58,408 bases of DNA from a virus, in IMG/VR virus record IMGVR_UViG_3300044497_000111, positions 1 through 58,408 of that record. One strand, 5' to 3'. Made by a program: the position numbers and the translations under genes. The stretch's first letter is position 1, and every line of letters begins with the position of its first letter. The notes under the pieces are model-generated. The model did no database searches, had not been told where the DNA came from, and was given only the letters and a program-made list of their open reading frames with translations. Positions 24,656-32,309 of this stretch are shown one piece after another.

Positions 24656-24951
24656 TCACCGTCACCATCGCCCCGACCACGACACCCGCCGGGAAACTGG
24701 CGGACGCCGAAGTCATCTTCACCGAAGGCCCGTTCGCGGGCCTTCGCCTCGTCGGCTTCGGCCTGTGGGAGCGACGTGGCGGCGGCCGAGCCGTCACCAT
24801 GCCGTCCCGCTCGTACGACGTCAACGGTCAGCGTCGGACGTTCGCGTTGCTGCGACCGGCCACCGCAACCGACGGCCCCGCCGCCGACCGACTGCGCGAC
24901 ATCATCAGTGCCGCGTACGACACCCACATGCAGACGAAAGGAGCGAAGTAA
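24652..24951 (+). CDS. SpoVG-like protein
   Basis: ...GKLADAEVIFTEGPFAGLRLVGFGLWERRGGGRAVTMPSRSY..GQRR parallels SpoVG (..GrmkAiasIt.d..f.vhdirvi....g.fvaMPSrr..dG..rD). Confidence 0.45.
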   Translation: MITVTIAPTTTPAGKLADAEVIFTEGPFAGLRLVGFGLWERRGGGRAVTMPSRSYDVNGQRRTFALLRPATATDGPAADRLRDIISAAYDTHMQTKGAK

Positions 24952-25329
24952 ATGGCACCCGAATTCTTCGAGACACGCATGGGCAAGACGTTCTACGAGG
25001 GCACGATGCCGCGCATCGCGGCCGAGCTGCACGAACTCAACGCGCATTTGGGCAAGGTACTCGCGTTGCCGAAATCCCTGTTCACCCAGGTGCCCACGGC
25101 GCCGCCTGCCGCCGAGCCCGTCGACAGCGACCACGAATTGCACCTGCTCGACTTCGTCGCGAAGGTCTCGCGACTGACCAAGGACGGTGAGTGCGTCACC
25201 CACGGCGAGACCTGCACGGGCGATCAGGCGGACTGCAAGCTGTTCGACCTGCCGAGCGATGACGCCGTCGAGACGTTGCACATGGTCATCAGCGAAGCCC
25301 GGCGGCTTCGCGCAGAAGGGCAGGGTTAA
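24952..25329 (+). CDS. Hypothetical protein
   Basis: 125-aa ORF with good third-position GC, contiguous with its neighbours. Confidence 0.5.
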   Translation: MAPEFFETRMGKTFYEGTMPRIAAELHELNAHLGKVLALPKSLFTQVPTAPPAAEPVDSDHELHLLDFVAKVSRLTKDGECVTHGETCTGDQADCKLFDLPSDDAVETLHMVISEARRLRAEGQG

Positions 25330-25332
25330 GCC

Positions 25333-25809
25333 ATGAACGACGGCAACTTCAACGCGTTCGAAAATCTCGGAGCGCGATACACTGACGAGAATACAGAGCG
25401 GTCCGATACTGATATGACTCCACGCAAGAACCCCAACGCGATGGCCCTCGGCCGTCGTGGCGGCAAGGCCGGGACACCCGCGCAGAATCAAGCGCGACGA
25501 CAGAACGCGCAACGCGGGGGCGGTCGGCCGGGTCGTGTCTGCACGACCTGTGGCGAACCGGTGGTCGGCGGCCATGTGGACCGTCGACTGGACGAGACCT
25601 GTGGCGAACACGGGTGGCGGTGGCAACAACGGGCGTCCGCGACGACGGCTCCCACGCCGCCGCCGTTGCCCGCCGACATCGCGGTGCTGTTGACGCAGGC
25701 CATCGTCATGTTCGACGCCGCGCCCGAGTCGTCGATCCCGGTCGCGACGATCACCGACTGGCTCACTCGCGCACGGGCGGTCGTCGACGCGTCGACGGTA
25801 AAGGTCTGA
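25333..25809 (+). CDS. Hypothetical basic protein (CxxC ... C)
   Basis: 158 aa with a Gly/Arg-rich N-terminus and CTTCGEPV...ETCGEHG. Confidence 0.45.
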   Translation: MNDGNFNAFENLGARYTDENTERSDTDMTPRKNPNAMALGRRGGKAGTPAQNQARRQNAQRGGGRPGRVCTTCGEPVVGGHVDRRLDETCGEHGWRWQQRASATTAPTPPPLPADIAVLLTQAIVMFDAAPESSIPVATITDWLTRARAVVDASTVKV

Positions 25810-25810
25810 T

Positions 25811-26017
25811 ATGACACGCGTATATCGCTTCCTTGTGACCGTCTCCATCGAAGGCGATCCCGAGACCGTGCCGGATGTGCTCGAAATCGCCGAGCACATC
25901 GCGACCCAAGTCCAAGACGCCGACGACCTCGACTTGTCGACCAACGTCCGACCCATCGAGACGCAGGATTTTCCGGGCGACGACACGACGATTCCGCTCA
26001 CGACAGGAGTCGACTGA
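25811..26017 (+). CDS. Hypothetical acidic protein
   Basis: 68-aa ORF, tightly packed with its neighbours. Confidence 0.45.
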   Translation: MTRVYRFLVTVSIEGDPETVPDVLEIAEHIATQVQDADDLDLSTNVRPIETQDFPGDDTTIPLTTGVD

Positions 26018-26385
26018 TGCTCATGCTGATGAAGGGGCGCTACGTCGCGCTCGTCGCAGCCGGAAAAAAGACCACCACTATCCGACCGTGGAAGACGTGC
26101 CGCCTCCGACCGGGCGGCACGTTGAATTTCAACGGGCGCCTGAAGGTCCGTATCACCCACGTCGAACAGAAGACGCTCGATGACCTCACCGAGCGTGATG
26201 CTCGACGCGACGGCTTCGCGTCTCGACAGGCCTTCCTGCGGGCGTTTCGTGCCCACTATCCGACCTCGACGACGACGATGGTCACGATTCTCACGTTTGC
26301 GTCTCCGGTCCCAGTAGTGCGAGCGCCACGTCGCGAGTCGCAGGCGGACCGACGTACTCGAATCCGGCGGTCAGCCGGTTACTAG
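26017..26385 (+). CDS. ASCH (PUA-like) domain protein
   Basis: ...VALVAAGKKTTTIRPW...LRPGGTLNF...VRITHVEQKTLDDLTERDARRDGF... fits the ASCH pattern. Its 3' end converges on and overlaps 26291..27442. Confidence 0.5.
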   Translation: MLMLMKGRYVALVAAGKKTTTIRPWKTCRLRPGGTLNFNGRLKVRITHVEQKTLDDLTERDARRDGFASRQAFLRAFRAHYPTSTTTMVTILTFASPVPVVRAPRRESQADRRTRIRRSAGY

Positions 26386-27442
26386 CCCGTTTCATATTCC
26401 CGACGAAGCCACCCCGCGCCGTGCGGCGATTGGCTCGTTGTCGTGTGCCGAAGCTCGGTTCGCGCCCCATGAGCCAGAGCGGGGACCGCGCACAGTGCGC
26501 GACGACCGCCGGATGCGCGGCCGTGCGGAAGACCGGCTTGCCGTTCCACGCGAGCACACTCGAGACAAAGTCGGCGAGCGCCACGCCGATGCCCACGCCC
26601 TGATAGTCCGGCAGGCACACGAGCCGATGCAGCCGCCAGCCGCTCCGCTGCGGGTGCGGGAACGACAACGCCGCCACGAACGCGACCGGTCGGCCCTGCC
26701 ATGTCGCGACGAAGCACAACGCCGCCTTGTTTAGCTCCGTGTCGAGGTAGTGATGGTGACGGAAGTACACCCACGCCGAAGACTGCACCCGACCCACACT
26801 GAGTTCGATGACGGGGGGGCGTTGAAGCTCCCTCCAGTGAAAGTCGTTCGTGGCAGGGCGATAGACCCAATCGGGCGTCAGCCACGCCTCGACATCTTCG
26901 TGACAGGTCACGGCAATAAATTGCTGCCCACGCTGCCGCACGGTCCTGGCGACGGCGGCACTGCCGACCTGCGCCACCGTCCGGTCGACGACCGATGTGA
27001 ATTCGTCGACGACGGCGAGGGCGTTGTCGGCGTGCTCGGCGAGCACTCGCGCCATCGTCACGCGAAATTGCTCGCCGGTGGAGAGCACCTGAAACGGGCG
27101 CACCCAGCTCGGCGGGTCGGAGAAGCCGACGCTCGACAGCAGATTGACGATGTCCTTGATGCCCATCGTCGACGGAAAGCCGTCGAGCACGCTTCGCGTC
27201 GGCGACCAGGTATACGTCCGCGCCAGTTCGGCGGGCCACAGATGCCGCGCCACGGTGCTTTTGCCCGAGCCGCTGGCGCCGACGATCAAGCCGACGTGCC
27301 ACGGCCGATCATCGAGCGGCAGCGCCACGTCCCACGCGAGCTCGACGCGGGCGCTCGGCGGCACCGAGAACAGGCCTTCCAATTGCTGGACGCGGGCAGA
27401 TCGTTCGACGACCGACGACACTACGACACGAGTGCTTTGCAT
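26291..27442 (-). CDS. ABC-type ATPase domain fused to a GNAT-like (acetyltransferase-fold) domain
   Basis: Walker A GASGSGKST, ABC-signature-like LSTGEQFR and Walker B LAVVDEF. C-terminal ...LHRLVCLPDYQGVGIGVALADFV... (GNAT motif A Q/RxxGxG). Confidence 0.6.
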   Translation of the reverse strand: MQSTRVVVSSVVERSARVQQLEGLFSVPPSARVELAWDVALPLDDRPWHVGLIVGASGSGKSTVARHLWPAELARTYTWSPTRSVLDGFPSTMGIKDIVNLLSSVGFSDPPSWVRPFQVLSTGEQFRVTMARVLAEHADNALAVVDEFTSVVDRTVAQVGSAAVARTVRQRGQQFIAVTCHEDVEAWLTPDWVYRPATNDFHWRELQRPPVIELSVGRVQSSAWVYFRHHHYLDTELNKAALCFVATWQGRPVAFVAALSFPHPQRSGWRLHRLVCLPDYQGVGIGVALADFVSSVLAWNGKPVFRTAAHPAVVAHCARSPLWLMGREPSFGTRQRANRRTARGGFVGNMKRASNRLTAGFEYVGPPATRDVALALLGPETQT

Positions 27443-28071
27443 GCGAGTCCCTCTTGCGCGAAACGGTCGAGCAACGCCACCTGTTCCTGTTCGTCGGTAC
27501 AGGTGATGACGACCAGGAATTGCCCCGGCACCGGCTGGTTGTCCGGCGCGAACGCCACGACTTTCATCTTCCGCAATTCGATGTCGGTGAAAAACGGTTT
27601 CAGGTCGAGCCCGGCGGCATGGTCGGCCGCCAATTGCTCGACGTCCCACTCCGCGAGCTCGCCCGTGCGATTGTCGAAGAGCGCGAGATCGCGCTTCTGT
27701 TCCGGCGTCAGGCCACGCCGCCGCACGGCAATGATCTCGTCGCCTTCGGCCTCGACGACGCGGACCTTCGTGATGCCCACCTGTGAGGCCGCATCGGTCA
27801 CGCCGTTGCCCGCCAGCACGATGTCGTCTTCGTCGATGACGATGGACCGTGCCGCGCCGACGGACTTGAGCGCGTCGACGATCATCGCGACGTTTCGTGG
27901 CGTGCGTTTGCGGCGATTCTGCGGGTCCGGCTTCAGGTCGGCGATGACCATGTCCGGCGCCGAATTGGGCGGCGGGTCGGTCGGGTCGGCCGTCGGGGTC
28001 GGGATGACCGGCGGCAGGTCGGTCGACAGGTCGTCGGCGGTCGTCTCAATCGGTCGTCGTCTCGACGTCAT
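27421..28071 (-). CDS. ParB-like nuclease-domain protein (paralogue 1)
   Basis: AGGAG SD before ATG 28071. ...IADLKPDPQNRRKRTPRNVAMIVDALKSVGAARSIVIDEDDIVLAGNGVTDAA is the ParB/Srx-type N-terminal domain common in phage ParB-methylase proteins. Confidence 0.65.
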   Translation of the reverse strand: MTSRRRPIETTADDLSTDLPPVIPTPTADPTDPPPNSAPDMVIADLKPDPQNRRKRTPRNVAMIVDALKSVGAARSIVIDEDDIVLAGNGVTDAASQVGITKVRVVEAEGDEIIAVRRRGLTPEQKRDLALFDNRTGELAEWDVEQLAADHAAGLDLKPFFTDIELRKMKVVAFAPDNQPVPGQFLVVITCTDEQEQVALLDRFAQEGLACKALVS

Positions 28072-28075
28072 AGCG

Positions 28076-28270
28076 TGACTCCTAGCGGGACCGGTCTCCC
28101 GACCGGTCGGAAGGTCGATTTCAGGTCTCCGAACGCGCCAGCGACCGGCTGGCACGGTCTCCCACGGTCGTCCCGAGACCGGTCTCGACGGGGTCGGTCG
28201 TCGGTCGGTCGGTCGACCGGTCGACGGTCTCCGGTCGGTCGTCGGTCTCGACGTCGAACAACGACCGTTG
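28076..28270. repeat. Repeat region R2 ((GGTC)n, GACCGGTCTCCCGACCGG, palindrome GAGACCGGTCTC at 28175-28186)
   Basis: Read directly. It lies upstream of the ParB-like gene and overlaps the 3' end of the GNAT-like ORF. Confidence 0.8.
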
Positions 28271-28771
28271 CGCGGTCGGCATCGGCCAGACCAACGACGG
28301 GCAGACGACCGCGCCGCGTACGATTTCCCATCGCACCTTGGGACCGGTGTCGTGGCGGTCCGAGCCCGTGCCGCGCAATTCGCTCCACTTGCCGCCCGAC
28401 CATGTCGAGACCGGCGTCCAGCCCGACGCTCGCAACGAGACGCCCGATTCGGCTTCGAGCGTGTACGTGACGAACCGCCGATAGCCGAGCGCCTTGCCCG
28501 CTCGCAGACACGCGGCGTAGAGCATCGAGCAGAGATTCTTTTCGGCGCCGTCGGCCGTACAGACGCGATTGATTTCGAGCGTGTCTCGCGCCATCAGCTC
28601 GCGGGCTTTGCACAGGCCGGCGACGGCGACTCCCTGCACCTGGCCGTCTCGCGTAATCGCCGCGCAGGCAAACTTGCTCGACGGCAGCGCCCCGTTGTGG
28701 CGATGAAAGTGTGCGATGTACATGTTCGCTTCCGCCAAGGTCACCGGCACGATCCGAACATCACAAGGCAT
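28121..28771 (-). CDS. GNAT-fold-like small protein (type often found beside phage Dcm genes)
   Basis: ...AHFHRHNGALPSSKFACAAITRDGQVQGVAVAG...LEINRVCT...NLCSMLYAACLRAGKALGYRRFVTYTL..ESGVSLRASGW. The C-terminal ~45 aa are read through repeat R2, so the end is uncertain. Confidence 0.45.
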   Translation of the reverse strand: MPCDVRIVPVTLAEANMYIAHFHRHNGALPSSKFACAAITRDGQVQGVAVAGLCKARELMARDTLEINRVCTADGAEKNLCSMLYAACLRAGKALGYRRFVTYTLEAESGVSLRASGWTPVSTWSGGKWSELRGTGSDRHDTGPKVRWEIVRGAVVCPSLVWPMPTAQRSLFDVETDDRPETVDRSTDRPTTDPVETGLGTTVGDRASRSLARSET

Positions 28772-28982
28772 CCACGTGCGCCATCCTGGAACCGAGCCAC
28801 GCCATGCACGGCACCGCCATTGAATTGCCGATGGCCTTGTAGCGCGGGCCGTCCTTCGCGAGTCGACCGCGATAGGGCACGAGCGTGTAGTTGCGCGGAA
28901 ATCCCTGTAGAAATTCACACTCGACGGCCGTTAGTCTGCGGACGCGTAGCCCGGTGTTCTGACGATGGTTGGGTCGCCCCAT
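28761..28982 (-). CDS. DNA (cytosine-5) methyltransferase, C-terminal fragment (motifs IX-X)
   Basis: VRRLTAVECEFLQGFPRNYT and KAIGNSMAVPCMAWLG. The first usable ATG (28982) lies inside the HNH gene. The same frame is open up to 29525. Confidence 0.55.
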   Translation of the reverse strand: MGRPNHRQNTGLRVRRLTAVECEFLQGFPRNYTLVPYRGRLAKDGPRYKAIGNSMAVPCMAWLGSRMAHVDAL

Positions 28983-29410
28983 CTTTTCCAACGCTGATAG
29001 TGCCGACTGCAATAGCCGTGTCCCTTCACCGGTTGATCGCACAGTGAACAAGACGGCTTCGGCCGATGCGCCCGGTTGTGACAGCTTCGACAGATACGCT
29101 CCAAGTTCTCTGGCGCGTTGTTCCGATGGTTGCCATCCCTGTGATGCACATCGCTCGCTGATGGCTTCCCGCACCGATTGCATGGCCCCTTCGGCACGAC
29201 TTTGCGCGAGTGCCAATGCGCAGTGGACCAGCCAATCTCGACTCCATGTCGCGAGTCGAAGGCCGCAGCCATGCAGCGCCGATTGCAGAATTTCCTCCGG
29301 CCAAAATGCAACAAGGATTCGAGCGACCCATCCGATAAACGCTGCCTCGCCAATTTGCTCTCGCACTGTGCGCAGTACTTCAACGGGTCCGGTTTCCTCG
29401 GCATTGCCAT
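28931..29410 (-). mobile_element. HNH homing-endonuclease-type ORF inserted inside the C5-methyltransferase gene
   Basis: ...DVHHRDGNHRNNAPENLERICRSCHNRAH... plus CxxC pairs. Third-position GC is clearly higher in this frame than in the overlapping methyltransferase frame. The segment is AT-richer than its flanks. Confidence 0.75.
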
Positions 29411-29531
29411 GTCGACTCGCTCCGTCGTCTAACGTCACATTCGACAGTCGGAAATTATGCGTGCCCTCCCGCGTGTAGGTCCGCGCCTGATTCGCGGCCA
29501 CGGGATCGGCGAGTTCGTCGCACACCGCGAT

Positions 29532-30251
29532 TTAATTCGCGACCTCGTCGCCGGCCGGTCCGCTCGTGCGCTTCGCCCACTTCGCCGACATCGCCTGATT
29601 CACGATCCCGCCGTTGAGTTCGAACTGGGTGCCGAGCCCGCCACCGCTGCGATGGCGTGCCGCAAGCGGGCCGGTAGGGTTTTCTTTCGCCGGTCGGCGC
29701 GGCGCAGGATGCCTTGACAGGCTTTCGCGCTCAAATAGAACCGCTGCGGCACGTCGCCAGTCTCGAGAATGGCCGACAACGAAGACACGCGGCCGACGCT
29801 GGGCCAAGCCGAAGTACTGAGCGTCCAGCACTCGGTAGGCGAACCCATACCCGAGCGCCGCCAGCGCCCCGAGGAAGGCACCAAAATCCCGTCCGTCGCT
29901 CGATGACAGGACTCCGGGCACGTTCTCCCATACCAGCCAACGGGGCCGATAGCGATCAGCAATTGCCAGATACGTGAGTGCGAGATTGCCTCTGGGGTCA
30001 GCCAGACCGGCGCGAAGTCCGGCGACGGAGAAGGACTGACACGGGGTTCCGCCGACGAGAACATCGACGGTTGCATCGGGCCAGTCATGGAAGGCGCTGA
30101 CGTCGCCGCGATTCGGCACCGATGGGTAGTGATGCTGCAGCAACGCCGACGGGAACGGCGCCGTCTCCGCGAACGAACTCGCCGACCAACCCAGTGGGTG
30201 CCACGCCACGGTCGCCGCTTCGATGCCGCTGCAGACGCTCATGTAGATCAT
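29532..30251 (-). CDS. DNA (cytosine-5) methyltransferase, N-terminal fragment (motifs I-VIII)
   Basis: SVCSGIEAATVAW (I), GGTPCQSFS (IV), ENV (VI) and QRRPRVFVVG (VIII). It ends ...SGPAGDEVAN-TAA. Confidence 0.8.
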   Translation of the reverse strand: MIYMSVCSGIEAATVAWHPLGWSASSFAETAPFPSALLQHHYPSVPNRGDVSAFHDWPDATVDVLVGGTPCQSFSVAGLRAGLADPRGNLALTYLAIADRYRPRWLVWENVPGVLSSSDGRDFGAFLGALAALGYGFAYRVLDAQYFGLAQRRPRVFVVGHSRDWRRAAAVLFERESLSRHPAPRRPAKENPTGPLAARHRSGGGLGTQFELNGGIVNQAMSAKWAKRTSGPAGDEVAN

Positions 30252-30703
30252 TCATTCGCGTTGACGACGACGGTGCCCGCCTCTAAGAGCCGTCCCACTT
30301 GGCCGCTCGCGTACGCGGTTTCAATCTGCGGCAGGATCATGTCGGCCACCGTCCGGTCACCCGGCATCACGATGTGCGCCAGAAATTCCTCTTCGAAGGT
30401 GGCGATGTTGTTCTCGACGCATTCCAATTTCGCCTTGATGACCAACAGCAGCGCCCGCCACTTCTGCCGTTCGGCCTGCTCCCACCGCGCCGCGCCGACT
30501 CGCGTGTTCATCTTGTATTTCGCCCGGTCGGGCAGATGGACGATGAAGCGCACGTACCGGTTGTAGGCTTTGAATTGCACCCGAGCGATGCCGTGGTCGT
30601 AGTCGGTGCCGCACATAAATTGCGAGCACTTGTGCTTCGACAACAGGCGCTCGATCTCCGCCCGCGATTGAATGACCGGCACCTTGGTGTTTTCAGCGAA
30701 CAT
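30248..30703 (-). CDS. Hypothetical conserved phage protein
   Basis: 151-aa ORF with an ATGA overlap to the methyltransferase start. Confidence 0.55.
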   Translation of the reverse strand: MFAENTKVPVIQSRAEIERLLSKHKCSQFMCGTDYDHGIARVQFKAYNRYVRFIVHLPDRAKYKMNTRVGAARWEQAERQKWRALLLVIKAKLECVENNIATFEEEFLAHIVMPGDRTVADMILPQIETAYASGQVGRLLEAGTVVVNANE

Positions 30704-31283
30704 GACTCCCCTTCCGTCGCCGTGGACGCCTCACGGTGTCGTCGTGCGGCAGGCGTTCGAAGACCGTGAACCATCGCGCATTGCCGCGACGACCGGTGCC
30801 GACGGCGACGACGGCCACTTCCTTCCCCCAGCTCGGCGGCGAGGGCCACTTGTAATCGAGCACGCCGACGCGACTGCCCTGCCAGACCACGCCGAGCGCG
30901 TGCTTGAGCACGAGGTCGATGGGCGGAAACGCCGCCCGACCGGGCGCGTATTCGTCGGCGTCGTCTTCCGTGTACGGGCGATCAATCAACACGGCATCCC
31001 ACGGCGTGAATTTCATCTCGTTGCGCCACGGCAACGGCACGCGGGCATCGTGCAGAAAATCCGGCTGACAGGCCGGGTCCAGGTCGAGCGTCTTGTCGTT
31101 CTTGCCGAGCCCGGCGTACGGGTACTCGCGAATCTTCCCGGCGCACACATGGAGCACCGCGTCGTCGGCGCAGACGCCGAGCAGCGCCCGAGCGCGATGA
31201 AGAAACCCGGCGGGGTACGCGCCGTGGTACTTCACCTTCGACCGCGCCAATATCCAGACGTCCGTTATGGGCCGATAATTCAT
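30693..31283 (-). CDS. Putative SAM-dependent DNA methyltransferase-like protein (DRPY in place of DPPY)
   Basis: ...VLHVCAG... (motif I-like), ...DLDP..., ...AVLIDRPYTEDD (motif IV-like). Only the last 196 codons of track ORF 30693..31844 look coding. Confidence 0.4.
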   Translation of the reverse strand: MNYRPITDVWILARSKVKYHGAYPAGFLHRARALLGVCADDAVLHVCAGKIREYPYAGLGKNDKTLDLDPACQPDFLHDARVPLPWRNEMKFTPWDAVLIDRPYTEDDADEYAPGRAAFPPIDLVLKHALGVVWQGSRVGVLDYKWPSPPSWGKEVAVVAVGTGRRGNARWFTVFERLPHDDTVRRPRRRKGSHVR

Positions 31284-31534
31284 TCGCGGCACCGTCCCGG
31301 AATCGGCGCCAGTCGGTCTCGTTGGGCGAGATACGTCGGCTGCCAGTGCTCCGCTATCGGGCTCTGACCAAAGCCCGTGACGATCTCGACGCCGCACTCC
31401 ACGCATTCCCAAAGATCGGCACTCCAGAGTTTGTAGGCCGCGCCGGTCTCGTCGAGTTCTTCGACGGTCACGTTGTTTTTCTTCACGCGCATGAACCGTC
31501 CACACATACAGAGCACATTCGAACTCGTCGGCAT
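31280..31534 (-). CDS. Zn-ribbon protein
   Basis: CMCGRF...ECVECG. ATGA overlap with the downstream gene. Confidence 0.5.
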   Translation of the reverse strand: MPTSSNVLCMCGRFMRVKKNNVTVEELDETGAAYKLWSADLWECVECGVEIVTGFGQSPIAEHWQPTYLAQRDRLAPIPGRCRE

Positions 31535-31549
31535 CTACCATTCCCCTTT

Positions 31550-31813
31550 TCATGCCGGTCGGGCGTCTCCACGCGGCACGACGATGACGTCCGTCTTGGG
31601 GCCGATCAACGTGCGCAGCGTGCGTGTGAGCTCGGCCTCGTCTTCGCCGTAGAACAACGCGATGGCGCCAATGGTCGCGCCTTCCTTGATGCGTAACGCC
31701 GCCGGGTCGAAGTAAATCGGCTCGCCTTTTTTGAGTCGCTCCACATTGCCCTCGCTGATGCCCATCACAATCAGCACGCGACCGTCCGGCATCGTCGCCA
31801 TTGCTTTCACCAT
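31550..31813 (-). CDS. Hypothetical protein
   Basis: MVKAMATMPDGRVLIVMGISEGNVERLKKGEPIYF.... TGATG junction with the upstream gene. Confidence 0.5.
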   Translation of the reverse strand: MVKAMATMPDGRVLIVMGISEGNVERLKKGEPIYFDPAALRIKEGATIGAIALFYGEDEAELTRTLRTLIGPKTDVIVVPRGDARPA

Positions 31814-32091
31814 CACCGCACTCCCTCTTGTTGAAACCGTCCACAGGCGGCCCACTTCTGCCGCCAGTCGCTCGCCTCGCTACGGCTGAAGCCGTACAGG
31901 CGGCACTTGAAATACCCCGTATCGTGCGGCTTCGTGCGGACGAGGTTGATGCAGTCGCGACAGGTCTGCCCCTCGGGGCCGTGCCCGTACAGCGTGTGCA
32001 TCTTCGCGAGTCGGCGCACCGCCGACCGCCGCGCGTGCTCCGTGCGCGTCGACGGCGGCCGGTTCAATTCCGGGTGGCCGAAGAGATCCAT
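31813..32091 (-). CDS. Hypothetical Cys-containing protein
   Basis: MDLFGHPELNRPP...CRDCINL...YFKCRLYG...ACGRF. TGATG junctions on both sides. Confidence 0.5.
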   Translation of the reverse strand: MDLFGHPELNRPPSTRTEHARRSAVRRLAKMHTLYGHGPEGQTCRDCINLVRTKPHDTGYFKCRLYGFSRSEASDWRQKWAACGRFQQEGVR

Positions 32092-32309
32092 CAGTGCTCC
32101 CACTCGGACAATATGTTGTCGACCGACGACGGCGCCGTGCCCATGATGCTGCGTACGCGCTTCACCGACCGTTCCAGCGCCGCGACTTGTTCGTCTTCGG
32201 TGCCGGTGAGGCGTTCCAGATCCTGCAATTCGGCCGTCGCGGCGCGGCCGGTTGCGGCGAGCGATTGGAAGACCTTCGTCACGGCGTGTTTCAAGTCATC
32301 GACTTCCAT
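32091..32309 (-). CDS. Hypothetical coiled-coil protein
   Basis: 72 aa (MEVDDLKHAVTKVFQSL...). Only the 3' end of track ORF 32091..32969. Confidence 0.45.
   Translation of the reverse strand: MEVDDLKHAVTKVFQSLAATGRAATAELQDLERLTGTEDEQVAALERSVKRVRSIMGTAPSSVDNILSEWEH

Noticed and set aside
23755-26256. 833-aa minus-strand ORF, the second-longest minus-strand ORF in that region
   Set aside because: It is antisense to ten tightly packed plus-strand ORFs, several with recognisable domains (SpoVG-like, ASCH, Zn-ribbon). Its translation is Arg/Gly/Ser-rich with no motif. Long shadow ORFs are expected in GC-rich DNA.
28761-29525. Reading the 254-aa open frame as an intein-containing or simply longer methyltransferase
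   Set aside because: The HNH catalytic motif is in a different frame from the methyltransferase, so it is not an in-frame intein. Third-position GC in 28945-29410 favours the HNH frame. The third minus-strand frame is also open for 101 codons here, so absence of stops is weak evidence. The possibility is kept only as a flagged alternative.
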